Shown: positions 37,801-49,269, numbered from the whole stretch's first letter. The stretch is 63,999 bases of DNA, filler included, from Sphacelaria rigidula (GCA_964200075.2; 3 parts of 3 records of this genome joined end to end with filler, not necessarily neighbours in it); one strand, 5' to 3'. Numbers and translations are program-made. The notes: generated by a model from the letters alone, not told the origin.

Positions 37801-40142
37801 GTCCCACCAACTTCGTGGTAAATCTCGCAGGCGTTGTGTTGTCTTGCCCTCTGAACGTCGAGGCATTTAACAAAGAAATGGACCTGCCATCCGTTATATC
37901 ATCCAGACAATGAAAACTAAGAGTGACACGGTTTTGCCACGTTCTGCTCGGTTTGTCGGTGCTGGAACGTGCGCGGCGGCGCGATCGCAAAGGCGTTCTG
38001 CACGAAATTTGAAGATGGCACTACGCGAGGACTGCTAAGACAGGTAGGTCCTACACGCCGCCTACCACAAACGCCTCAATACTTGCACGGGTACTGCAGT
38101 GAGACTGCGTACTTTTGAATGCAAAACCTTGTGAGAATCTATGTGCTCATTTCTGCACTCTTGGCCCTTGCTACTATCGAGTACAGCTCTCATCTGACCC
38201 ATGTTTTTGGGAGTAGTTTCGGAAGACGGTTTAGAGGCTGGGGACCGCGTGAACACGGTGCTGCCTGATGATCTACAGCTGCCGCTTGCTCAAGTCATGC
38301 CTAGCCACGCGTTCCCAATAACGTGGCACATGTAGATGATACAAGTCGTGCGTTCGTTGCCCGTATCAACTTTGCACTATGTCAACACTCTCTGGGTAAT
38401 AACAATGAAAATTGCAGCAGTTTGGTGTAACCGGTAGCAGGACGTTGATGTCGTCGTTTGGTATTAGAGATGTACGATTGCCTGCTGATCTAACGTTTGA
38501 GAGCACCTGGACAACATTTCCAGCTTGACAACATTTCCAGCTTGGAAAGAGCGTTTTTCGATGCATGCTCAGCAGTGTGGAGTGTTCGAGGCTTACACCA
38601 CTTCGTACGATATTTCGGTCGCAGACATCGGGCTAGATTCGTCACCTTTTGGTTGAGCAAGTTTTCACTGGCAGCCAAATCAAGCGAGCACAGGCTGCAC
38701 GGTGGCACCTGGATGATTGTATAACGTGCAAGTGTCAGAGCCATGATCAGCAACGCACAGTCACAGAACACACGCCCACGTGCAAGAATTTCAGAGCCAC
38801 GATACGTAACGCACAGTCACAGAACACACAAACACGCGCGCTGCCACCGTGCAGCCTGTGCTCGCTTGATTTGGCTGCCAGTGACAACTTGCTCAACCAA
38901 AGGTGATGGATCTAGCCCGATGTCTGCGACCGAAATATCGTACGAGGTGGTGTAAGCGTTGTACAATCCACACTGCTTGGCATGCATCGAAAAATGCTCT
39001 TTCCAAGCTGGAAATTTTGTCCAGGTGCCGTCGAACGTTAGACCAGCAGGCAATCATACACCTCTAATACCAAACGACGACATACTCGCATCACCACTCC
39101 CAAGACTAGATCCAAACACCTGCACATTTTCCCACCATTCGTTAGTTCCCACCACTGGTTGGTGCGGAAGACACAGGCCTACGATACCTGCTGGTTTCCC
39201 CTGCAGACCTGCGGTTCGCAACGCCGCCATTCTTCTGCCGGCAAACCAGCTTCATGCCTCCCAATGTGCTCCGTGCGCGATGCCCCCGACGCGCCATCAC
39301 GCACAGAGGACTGCCCGCGACCTACACCCTGGCCGCTGGTTCCCCCTAGACCCCTCAGGCTTCGTCGCAAGTAGATCTCGCAGCTCCTGTATTTCCGTAA
39401 TGAAGTCTGCGCTGACTCTGAATGTTCTCTTTCTGCTGACGGACTCGGGCCAGGCCTACTTCCTGTGTAGCAGGAGAACTGGTCCCATCTATTTCGCTCC
39501 CGGGCGTGGACATTTTGCTACAGTCGATCAATCTGCAGTACCGGCTGGCTGTGCTAGCGAACTCAGAGATGGGTGCCTGAGCAGCTTGTTTACAATGAAG
39601 AATGAGTTCATGATGAGAAACGAAAGGGAGTGGCCGTCAAAGGAACAACAACTCCCATCTATAACGCCGAGAATCACACCTCAAGCCAATCTTCCGCGGG
39701 CCGTATCAATGCCCCGTGAAAGATTCTCGCTCTTGTTCTGGGTAATGTTCCTCCCTACAGAAAATTATCTGACGTAAAATATTGCAATAACCCGAAACAC
39801 ATCTTACAGTACCCCGTAAGATATCTACGGATGCATAGTTGACCAACCTACAAATACATTGAGCAGGCACGATTGAACCATGAGAACATTCCTGAACATC
39901 CCCCGCGCTGTGCGTATAATATTCTCATGAAAATGGAATTGAAAATAATATTACCATGAAAATGAAATTAGAAAACTCTTTTGCTCCGCGATAGTGATCC
40001 TAACTTCCGTTCACCTTTTTGAGCTGTTGTTCGATTCTTGGTGTCACCTTGGCAGGCATCAGCATCAGTAATGCGAGACTACAATGAGCGCCACCCGGAG
40101 GAGTTCCGAGAGACGATTGAGCGTCAGTTTAAATCGCAATAG
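28852..40142 (+). CDS. Plastid-targeted 2Fe-2S ferredoxin-like protein with C-terminal extension (6 exons, ~253 aa)
   Basis: Exons: 28852-29256, 29468-29546, 37135-37193, 37506-37586, 37993-38043, 40056-40142 (TAG). All introns are GT-AG, in phase, total 762 nt. A hydrophobic signal and STAFVPSP (ASAFAP-type motif) precede VQPGDSVLEAAE..YDCRRGNCISC (CxxxxCxxC) and GFVLSC (4th Cys). Alternative start ATGs are at 28888 and 28897. Confidence 0.85.
30523..31381. mobile_element. Non-autonomous DNA element with arrays of a ~38-bp GAGCACTCGAGTCATTGCTCGTGG unit (copy 1)
   Basis: Starts CCACACGTCGGACGAG like copy 2 at 31927. Repeated units lie at 30600-30712 and 31090-31345. Interrupted by a SINE. 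Confidence 0.65.
30713..31070 (-). mobile_element. tRNA-derived SINE with (CA)n tail
   Basis: Minus-strand head GCCCCGGTGGCTCAGTTGG (A box)...GGGTTCGAATC (B box), a non-tRNA body and a CA-repeat tail. A truncated sibling lies at ~42972-43050. Confidence 0.85.
32073..32651. mobile_element. Stowaway-like (Tc1/mariner) MITE
   Basis: 30-bp TIR: CTCCCTTTGTCCGGAAATATAAGATCGGTT versus right-end reverse complement CTACCTCTGTCCGGAAATATAAGATCGGTT. TA follows the right end. Confidence 0.85.
32924..33050 (-). mobile_element. RTE-LINE 3' tail fragment
   Basis: CCCAGGGGTCCAGCCGTGGTCATGATAGACGTACCCAAGAAAAACGAAACTGAAAC is shared with 14121 and 23640. Confidence 0.7.
38448..39083. repeat. Long inverted repeat (arms 38448-38707 and 38842-39083) from copia gag-like fragments
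   Basis: The arms are recognisably reverse-complementary over their whole length. The right arm translates MSSFGIRGV*LPAGLTFDGTWTKFPAWKEHFSMHAKQCGLYNAYTTSYDISVAD. The spacer holds a ~55-bp tandem duplication. Confidence 0.9.
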
Positions 40143-40770
40143 GCTTTTTGTGCGATGCTTCATGTTTGCTGAAAATGATGGTTCTTTTTGTTGTTATAAA
40201 TGCTTGCGCGAGTAGCTGGCTACGTAGTTGTACCGAAAATGTCAGGGCAAGTCGCGGTGATGAAAGTGTCTCCCTACGGTTGATGGTTGATGGCTGATAG
40301 TGTATGTCGGTAGTGCGAGACACGCCACATGGAGACGAGTCGAAATATGGTTGAACCTGGTTGAGGGTAAAGTTGAGTCACAGCAGGTTTCTTGTGTGGC
40401 AGCTTCATGTGTGCTGAAAAGCATGATTCATTTAATATATTCATTTTTAATGTGAAATGCTCGGGCAAGCAGTCTGTTATGAAGTTGCATGGTTTCCGAC
40501 AGCGCAAATTTCGAGGGTGAGGGCCTTTCCCTTCAGTTTAATTTTTGATGGTATGCGTCAGTAATGCGAGACTACAACGTGCATCCGGAGGAGTTTCGAG
40601 ATCTGGCTGAACTTCAAGTTTAATCGCAGTAGGCTTCTTGTGTGATGCTTCATGTTTGCTGAAAGGGGCGGTGCGTGTTGTTCTTGTATATGCTTGCCAA
40701 GTCGTCAGCTGTGCAGTTGTATGGTTTCCGTCGGGGTCAAATCGTGGAGGTGGGGGCGTCACTCTCAATT
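40065..40770 (+). repeat. Three diverged ~245-bp tandem units; unit 1 contains the ferredoxin last exon and stop codon
   Basis: Units start at 40065, 40307 and 40558 with TC[A/G]GTA[A/G]TGCGAGAC and share GCTTCATGT[T/G]TGCTGAAA. Confidence 0.85.
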
Positions 40771-41828
40771 CCACTGCACACGAGAGAGTACAGGAGAAAT
40801 AAGTCGATCTTGTCCAAGGCTTGAGGTTATGTTCGGAAGTAGCGTCTACACTTGGGAACACGTTATTGTGGAGCACCCCGGCAATAAAAGCAGTGATGAG
40901 TTTGGTCAACCGCGTGTCTTGAAGGTTTTCTTTCCCAAGTCTCGAATTGGCTGAGGTGGGGGGTTTGAAGTATCTATTGTGCCCACGACGAATTTTCGAG
41001 ATTCGCTGTTCTGGTCGAACGGCGCAGTGACAGATGGAAAGGCCGACCACGGCAAACTTTGTTTTGCATTGTGATTTAGATGCCAACAGTACAGAGAACT
41101 CTCGAATGTTCGGCACATCGTAAGATCGTCGGCACCCGCAACTTCTTGCTGTTCGCTGTTCGAAGGAATTGACCCTTTTGGGACCAGACTCCCAGAAACA
41201 TATGGTTTATACACGCAGGGACCTTTTTTGTGAAACGGTATTATTTTCTCTCGTGTTCAAGGGAAAATTATGCTTATTCACAAAAAATCCCCCGCGTGCA
41301 AACCACATGTTTCTGGCAGTCAGTCTCCGAAGGCTTAACTTTACATTAGGATGCCCTGGGGGTATTGTGCTTTACTCGTGTCCCGCAATTTGTTGCACCA
41401 CTAACCCCCGAGATTTCTCTTGAGTGCGATATTACTAAAGCTTCACCCAGGGGGCTACGGGGAGAAGAATTTCGGACACAGAGCCTCCTTCCCCCCCCTC
41501 CCGGAGGGCATTTTTTTATTTTTTTCAAAGATTTGGTTTGCAGTAGTTTTTTGTAGAAAAGTGCTGCAAGAAATCGACCAATGAACACTGACGAAAACCG
41601 AATAGTCTGGTAGACTTCGAGGGGTTCGTGTATGTGCTTCTGCTCCTTGCCCGCTCTGTCCCAATGACCTCAGATGCCGACCACGCTCACACAAATGTGT
41701 GCACACAAGCGCACGGTGTCGACAGCCTGCAGCCAAGTGGCAACAAAATCTCACTCCTCGCCAAACCCACCCAGACTACCGGTAGGTACTCGAAGCGCAC
41801 ACGACACGGAACATGATCCAATAAATAA

Positions 41829-42117
41829 CACGGGATCTTACAAATTGGGGATGAGAAACCCGGAAAATTAAAATCTTCGTATCCACACCAAATCTTCGAA
41901 TTGTGGTTCCATTTCTTCACCTACTGACAGCTATTGACAACTGTTACACGCCGAAGAAATTTGGATTTCGATCACCGAAATATTGGGGTCCTAGGTGAAA
42001 AACCAATTTTGAGGAATTTCGGGTGTCCGCTGAACCATATTTCAAAGATTTCGTGTAGATACGAAGATTTTAATTCTACGGGTTTCACATCCCCAATAAA
42101 AGATCCATCCCCACGTG
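41829..42117. mobile_element. MITE with ~85-bp imperfect TIRs
   Basis: ATTGGGGATGAGAAACCCGGAAAATTAAAATCTTCGTATCCACACC pairs with CGTGTAGATACGAAGATTTTAATTCTACGGGTTTCACATCCCCAAT. Confidence 0.8.
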
Positions 42118-43742
42118 TAGTCATGGTGAGTGATTAGCTTGGGGAGGGCGGCGTGTCCGCCATCTCAGCGATCTCCATGCGAAGGATCTATGTACACAGC
42201 AATTGATCGCATCCGCCAACGCCTCGGCAATAAACTAGGGGACAGCAGGCTGGGCTCCCCCCTCCTAAGAAACTCAAATCTTCGATCTTGGAACCTACGT
42301 TTCCCGAAATCGTTTTCGCGTAGCCCCCTGCTTCACCTGTTTTCCAGGCGCAACGATGGCATGACGACCCTGATTCCGAAAACTTGGAACGATATATCAT
42401 CTGTTTTTAACCATCGACTTTTTTTCAAGCACATGAGAGTCAAAATTTACAAAGTGAGTTTGGTTTCTGATGGGGGTAAACATTCGACTACCCGTTTTTT
42501 TGCGACTTCATTTTAGCGACTTGATTCCTGCGACTCCATTTTTGCGACACTTTTTTGCTAGATTTTTCCACGCTAGAACCCCTATCGATTTCGTTTTTTT
42601 GGGGATAATTTTGTCAACAGAAGCCAAGCGCATCTTGCTCCAAGGGGCACCTGGACACACAGCAGTTGCTGCTGCCTACCTAGTGTCATTCTCCACATCA
42701 AAGTCTTGAGAGAGAACGCCCAGCGTTTGGTGCCCACGTACAAGGATGATCCACGTCTAATATCATGCTCCAAGACGTACCCGACAAGGGGGCAACATCG
42801 CCGTACAGTCAGTAGCAATACTAGCGGATCCTACGTCCTGACAGTCTGGCAGCCGGCAAGGTGGTTACGGTAGTGTCCTTCTAGCGATATCAACTTACAG
42901 TGCACTGGAGTAGAGTTTGCAGGTGAATAAAGTACGAACACAATGTTGAAAGTGTACTGCGCACACTTGGAGTGTTGTGTGTGTTGTCGTCCGATCTATT
43001 CTGGGCGCCGATCTCCACCTTTCGGTATATGTGGGCGCATCAGCCGCGACTGTGTTACCATTCAGCTTCGCCCAAGATACAGGCAGGCATTACAGTAGCG
43101 GAGGTGGCCTTTCACTCTGGCGTGCGTCACCTGGGGCAAACGCACGCTGTAGCTGCAGCACGGACAGCTTTGCAAAAATTGACGTAGCGATATAGCGCGT
43201 AACGAGGGGTAATATCCTGCGTACACGTTAGCCGCAGATATGTGGCGAACTGCATAGGACAACAAAAACTCAATGCAGGACAGGGATAGGCTAAGGATGT
43301 CACGTCCTGCGGCGTGCTTTGTCGCCCTGGACCCTGCCGCTGTGCAGGGAGCACGTAGTACCGCCGAGCGCGTAACGCCGCGGTTGGTACGCAGTGTCGA
43401 ACACAGCAGCAATCAGTATATAACGGTGGATCCTGGAAAATGGGGCAAATCTCAAAAATGAGGTTGAAGAGGCATTTATTTTTGGCAGGGATCACGCGAA
43501 ACACTTACGACCGAGCGAAGCCATCGTCCCCCCCAAATGTCCGCAACAGATGAGCAACTGTGGCTAGGTGCACCTAACGAATGCGGTGTACATGTCGCAG
43601 AAGCAAATTGTCGACGACGATATCACCAGAGCGAGAAGCAACGACAGAGAGGAAGCTCCTCGCCCGTGTCCTTTGTGTGTCCTCGCTCGGCGATTACCAA
43701 ACTCTCGAGAGACTGGCATCATCGATGTTACCAGCATGTGCC

Positions 43743-43842
43743 NNNNNNNNNNNNNNNNNNNNNNNNNNNNNNNNNNNNNNNNNNNNTTAATTAATTAANN
43801 NNNNNNNNNNNNNNNNNNNNNNNNNNNNNNNNNNNNNNNNNN
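43743..43842. other. Artificial contig linker / assembly gap
   Basis: 44 N + TTAATTAATTAA + 44 N. Confidence 0.97.
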
Positions 43843-45279
43843 AAGAGTTTGAATGCACAAACGATTAAAAGCGCATAACGGACTTTACTTACGGGACAGA
43901 GGGAGTATGCGGATCACGGCCCAACTCGTCTGTGTCAATGAGATATTGCTTCAACCCTTTTGGAACCGGTGATGGAAAAATGACGATTTACAATTGACGT
44001 TTCCATGGGCGAGACATGGTGGTTTTTTTCTGCAACTGTTGAGGGCACAGCCCATGAAAATGGTGCACCACTAATGTGACAAGTTCAAGTATACTAATGT
44101 GACGGATTCGTGCACCGAAGTTGAAGTGACATTTTCCTGCTGACGAAAACTCGCATATGAAAGTTTGTACTGTTCTTCGCGAGTTCCAAAAGGGTTGAGA
44201 GCTTAAATCCGTTTGCAGGCTGGTTCGTAGCATCCGACCTTTTAGACTTGAGAAATTTGTGAGAAAATTTGTGGTTTGGCAATGGCCCTGAAAAGGTATA
44301 CCTTCTCGTTTTTTGCCCAAGAAAGGTACGAAAAAGGGCCAGAAACACGAAAACAGCTAAACACGTCATCTAGACCGTTTTCGCTCCGAATTTTTCACAC
44401 ACATCACTCAGGGAGGCCCTTGGCACTCGGGCCTTGAAAAAACGGGAAAAAAGCATGCTACTCGCGATATATGGCCACGCGAAAATGGACCATGCCCTGG
44501 ACAATATACGGCATGCATATTATTGCAATACACGCAGCCATTTGGTCACGCCCAAAATTCCTCCAGGTCGGTTAACTTTTCGAGCCTCCAGAGGAATTAA
44601 GCGCTTCCGGAGGGGTGCGCGGCCCTCCAGAGGAGATTTTTTGGTTTCCTCCAAAAACAAAACGAGCTTCCGGAGGCTTTTCTTTTACCTCTGGAGGGCC
44701 GCGCATCTCTCCAAAGGCATTTCGCTACCCCCAAATTCTTCCGAAGGGGTGCGCGGCCCTCCAGGTTAGTAGTGTTTGGTTTCCCCCAAAGAGATTGAAG
44801 GCCTCTAGAGGTTCGTTTTGTTGCTTGAGAGCCGCGCATCCCTCCGGAGGCATTTTGGGGGGTAGCCAAATGGCCGCATGTGGTGTAGCAATAGAATCTG
44901 CCGCAGTAGATGCAATAGTGTCGTCCGTAATGGACATCAATCAACAAGTTCCCCTTTCTATTGTCGTTGGCAATGTCCATCGGTAGACCCCTTTCCCAGA
45001 CTACTGCCCGAGCAGCAGTCTAATGTGACCCCACCACTAAAACTATTGCCGCCGACCGAATATATCGATCGGTAGCTTTCTAATTTTTTTGATGACGGCA
45101 ATGGCTATCGATGACTGTGTGCTAACTATACTGATGACGGCGATGACTATTGATAGATTGTGTACCAAATCTATTGATGACAGTGATGGCTATTGATAGA
45201 GTGCCTAAAAGATCTATTGAGGGCGGCAATGAATATCGATAGATACCCCCCAGAATCTATTCTGGTATACAATGCCTAC

Positions 45280-45662
45280 CAGGGTTAGGAAAACTCCGCC
45301 GGCTTCGCCTGCGCTGGCGCGAGCGGGAGCCGGAGGCGACATGCGGCCCCCCGCAGGGGCCCGCCGGAGGGCGCCGGCCGCGTAGGCCCCCTCCCGGAGG
45401 GACCCCGCGGAGCGATTCTTTTGGGGGTTTTCCTTTAAAAAAGACGCCTAAATTCTGTCGAAATGGGGCCATTTCGACGGTATGAGCCTCGTGGCCAAAA
45501 AAAACACCCCCAGTTTTTTTTCCGCCTCCGGCGAAAAAAGTGCGGCCCAATTTTTTCCCCTACGGCAAGCCGCAGAGACAAACTCCCAATACCTAACGCA
45601 TCGCCAACTTTTCCCTAAAAGACTGCGCCAGCGCAGGCCCGCGTGGAGTTCTTCTAACCCTG
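45280..45662. mobile_element. hAT-type MITE with 8-bp TSD
   Basis: TIR CAGGGTTAG...CTAACCCTG, subterminal GCCTGCGCTGGCGC/GCGCCAGCGCAGGC, and flanks ATGCCTAC / GTGCCTAC (7 of 8 identical). Confidence 0.88.
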
Positions 45663-46302
45663 GTGCCTACCGATATTATCTGTCGTCTATTGCCACACCT
45701 ACATTGCAACATACCATGTATAGAGCATATTATACTCCGTTGAAGCACGGTAGGGAAGCCGCAGGTGAACGTGCAGTGGGTAAATGATAACACTCCTTGT
45801 GAATATATGACATCACGATTCTGCAAACTTGGAACGGTTGTATGATGTAGGAATCCGCAATATGGATGGACAAAATTTCACGAGTTTTGTTGTTGGTGTG
45901 ATGTTGGTCCTGAGGGGTTTATCCCTCTGATGGACATGAGCGCTTATGGAACCTTTTTCCGTGGGTGAAATTTGTTTATTCCCTGGACAGTAGTCTATGT
46001 AATCGAACATTACGGCTGCAATAGCCTCAAAAACTTGACTGTCGTCAATGTTCATTGTCAGTCATAATCGACTGACGTCTCTGTCTATCGATAGCCATTG
46101 TAGGCGACAAAAGATTCGGGACCAGGGACAGAATGTATCATTACCGTGACAATGGAGAAATGGAGTGGCCACGTTGTCTGTCGATACATGTTATTGTTTG
46201 CAATTAGATCTGAAGTTCGGCCACCAATATATGTTGCTCACCGCAGTAAGATCTACAACGCGGCCACCAACACATATTTTTGGTCACAATGGTTGCCGCC
46301 GC

Positions 46303-46605
46303 GCCCCGGTGGTGTAATGGTCCGACCGCCGCCATCAGGGTGGAGAGAACGAGGGTTCGATTCCCGATGCGTTGGGATTTTTCTTCGTAATGTATGATTT
46401 CCACCGTAGAAAGCGTGAGAACGTGAGTAAACAAAGTCGTCGACTAGGTTGTGTGACGTGAGTTGACGCGGGGCGGGAGTGCTGACCCAATCCGCGAGAC
46501 CAAAATGTAAGGCGCGTATCGGGGGAGAGATGGGTTGATCCCTTAAGACCACGGACTCATCCCGAGGAAGGGGAGGGGTTCAAAGTGCGAAGAAAGAAAA
46601 AAAGA
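46303..46605 (+). mobile_element. tRNA-derived SINE (second family)
   Basis: GCCCCGGTGGTGTAATGG (A box), GGGTTCGATTCCC (B box) and an A-rich tail. The body is similar to 49270-49537. Confidence 0.75.
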
Positions 46606-46621
46606 GGATCTAAATGGCGCC

Positions 46622-46735
46622 CACCAATGTCTATTGCTGGTCACAATACAATCTGAATCGCGGTCACCAATGTCTATCGCTGGTCACAATACAATCTGAA
46701 CCGCGGCCACCAATATCTATTGCTGGCTACAATGG
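46622..46735. repeat. ~2.6 tandem copies of a 43-bp unit
   Basis: CACCAATGTCTATTGCTGGTCACAATACAATCTGAA[T/C]CGCGG repeated directly, with no spacers. Confidence 0.85.
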
Positions 46736-47268
46736 GAGCTGAATGTTGTCGATCACTAGACATGTACTTCGTGTGCATATTGTCGGTGGACGTTTCTACC
46801 TTATTCCACCGAAGCTATGGCCAACTACCGCTTCAGGTAGTTGCGTTTTCATGTGTGAGGGATATAGCCGTTGATACCATAAGACCACTGCAGTGAGCCA
46901 TATATTTATCAAAACCTGTCGCTGGCGTTACTGGCTATCGATAGATGCTCCCTAGAACAATCAATTGTTGACGGCAATGATTATTGGGTGATATCCCAAA
47001 ATCCTTTGTTGGCGGCAGAGGTTATTGATAAATTGTTCACCGACTCTATTGATGACGCCAAAGGCTACCGATAAACGGCTCACCAAATCTATGATGGCAA
47101 TGGCTATCGATGGATGTTTCACCAAACCTCTCAAGTATAACAGTGGCTATCGATAAACACACCCAAAATGTATTGCAGTAAACGATGGCCATCGATGGCT
47201 GGCGACCTGAATCTATTGTCATTGTCATAGACTATTGATCGACTCTTGCACCATCTATTGTCCGTTGC

Positions 47269-47342
47269 AATAGACGCGGGGGAAAACCTATCATTTTTTG
47301 TGTTGGACGATATATATCGATAGGTTTTCCCCCGCGTCTATT
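47269..47342. repeat. Perfect 24-bp inverted repeat with 26-nt spacer
   Basis: AATAGACGCGGGGGAAAACCTATC (47269-47292) / GATAGGTTTTCCCCCGCGTCTATT (47319-47342). Confidence 0.92.
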
Positions 47343-48312
47343 ACATAAGCAATGAAGTATTATTGTGTCCATTGTCCAGAGTGTGAAGTGATCCAAATGA
47401 TAGGGCTGCGGCGAAAAAAACGGGTTTCTTCGCCTATGAGCGATACCTTGTGACCCAACTCCCCCCACCTCGTCTCAGGATTTTCTTCTGAAATTTCGTG
47501 TGGGCTACGAACCGCGCTCGACCATCACCGCGGTTTGTGCTGGGTGCACATGACCATTTCCGGTGCACACCAAGTGCACTAGTAAACATGCGGTGTACCT
47601 ACGAAAACACGACCCAACAATGACGGCGCAGATGGTTTTCCGGAGGTTTCATCTGCACTAAATCCTCTACACTATTAGACTCTCTGCTTCGCACGCCTCT
47701 TGCGCCCTACCGCGGGTTGGCTTCGAGAAAAAGGAGTCCCATCACTTGTTTTTCACATGCTAAGGAGAAAATACATACTCTGCTGGATCATGATCTCTTT
47801 CGTGTGCGTGGAGGAAATGTTGGGCGACAAAAATATGATTTTACCTCAAAACAAATTGTAGGTAATTCCAGTATGCTGTACAGTTCTTACCCGAGGCTTT
47901 ACGGCTTGCAGTCGTTGGGGTGAGGGTGACGGTAAGCGTTAGGGTAATTTTGACTGATTACTGAGCGGTGTCGCAGGTCAACGTCAACATTACGCGATCA
48001 GCTACACATTCAGAGGTGGTGACAAGATAGGCGTACTCAAGCAAATTAGATTCACCACTTGTTGAGGAAATTCACTGAGGGGAGAGGTCAAGAAATAAAA
48101 TAAAGGGGAAACCAAGCACAAGAACGTCCCCGGTAAGCCATGGTCAGAGAGCTTCGGGTAAGGAGGCCGTGTAAGAACAGCAAATGGTAGCACAGAACGA
48201 AAAACGTCGTGGAGGCAGGTTGCGACCGGGCTATCTGGGAACCACGCTATTTGGGCAGGAACCCTCACTCACGAGATGTGCAGGAATAAGACGCAGACAC
48301 TAATACGGCACT

Positions 48313-48333
48313 AGCAGCAGCAGCAGCAACAAT

Positions 48334-48383
<50 letters not shown>

Positions 48384-48492
48384 CGATGTCCAAACAACGA
48401 TGTCCAAACAACGATGTCCAAACAACGATGTCCAAACAACGATGTCCAAACAACGATGTCCAAACAACGATGTCCAAACAACGATGTCCAAA
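48313..48492. repeat. Compound (CAG)n-(CAA)n microsatellite followed by 8 x CAACGATGTCCAAA
   Basis: Read directly. The 14-bp unit occupies 48381-48492. Confidence 0.97.
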
Positions 48493-49269
48493 CAAACTCA
48501 ATAAGAGACAAGAACAAATAAACAACAGAAGACGAAGCAAGACAGAAGGAGAGAGAGCGAGAGCAACAAATAATTAGGAGTTGCGGCAGATACGGAACCG
48601 AGAGACAAGACAGAACATGTACAAGAATACAGCTATAAGAGGGGACATCGCTCACCCTATCCGTTCATCCATAGACAGGGGCAAAGCGGGACCCTGTCTC
48701 GGCCAGGTTAGCCTGTGGTAAGATCCTTGTCTGTTTTTCATTCTCCAGCTGGTGAAGGACCCTCCATGTGGCACTTCACTCACGTTGAAAGAATGATGGA
48801 AATTTCAACAAACTGACGTGGTCCCATAAAAAACGCAAATAAACATGAGAAAGACATATACATGCCCAGACGTCGACTACTGGTCAGCACAGAATTTACG
48901 CTTTGTTCCTCATGAGTCCTTGTTGCGCCGTCGTTCGACAAATCGCGTTCTACTTTAGATTTTGCGCAAGTGCTGCGGTCTTTATCCTCTCAGGATTTCA
49001 AAAGCACTTTAGTTGCGGTTCAGGGCAGCGGGCCAATTACAGTAGAACAAGTCATTCCGAAGCGTAAGGATCTGCTTAGCCCTCCTCTTCTTGGGCGAAA
49101 CGCGACGCGGTAGAGCCAGAAAAGACACTTTTGCCGATTTTTTCGCATCATAGGGAACAGCCTATTGAATATAGAATGCTATTGTCATTGACCGTTCGAC
49201 CGACAGGAAGGGTCACCTGACTCTTTCATACGATTTCGTTAGTAAAAAGGATATCGAGTCAGCCCATGA

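Larger units (their letters stand above)
44491..47385. mobile_element. Second CACTA-like element (CA.[G/A]C[C/T]CTGGACAAT termini) with internal repeat arrays
   Basis: CATGCCCTGGACAAT at 44491 and ATTGTCCAGAGTGTG ending at 47385. Repeated CTATTGATGACGGCAATGGCTATCGAT-type motifs at 45060-45260 and 46930-47240. Confidence 0.65.

Noticed and set aside
38959..39777. 272-aa ORF
   Set aside because: It is intronic, partly the antisense of the gag-like arm, and has no recognisable domain.
43083..43187. Alternative last exon of the ferredoxin gene (AGITVAEV...KLT*)
   Set aside because: It is in phase, but 40056-40142 is nearer, has a good acceptor and reads as a more plausible continuation. Not excluded without RNA data.
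46303..46375. tRNA gene on the plus strand
   Set aside because: It has A/B boxes only, no proper cloverleaf, and a body shared with other repeat copies.
46205..46735. 43-bp repeats as a CRISPR array
   Set aside because: They are direct tandem copies without spacers, inside a TIR element.
48265..48655. Poly-V/L/C ORFs (also 8415-9102 and 59365-59903)
   Set aside because: They are translations of simple repeats.
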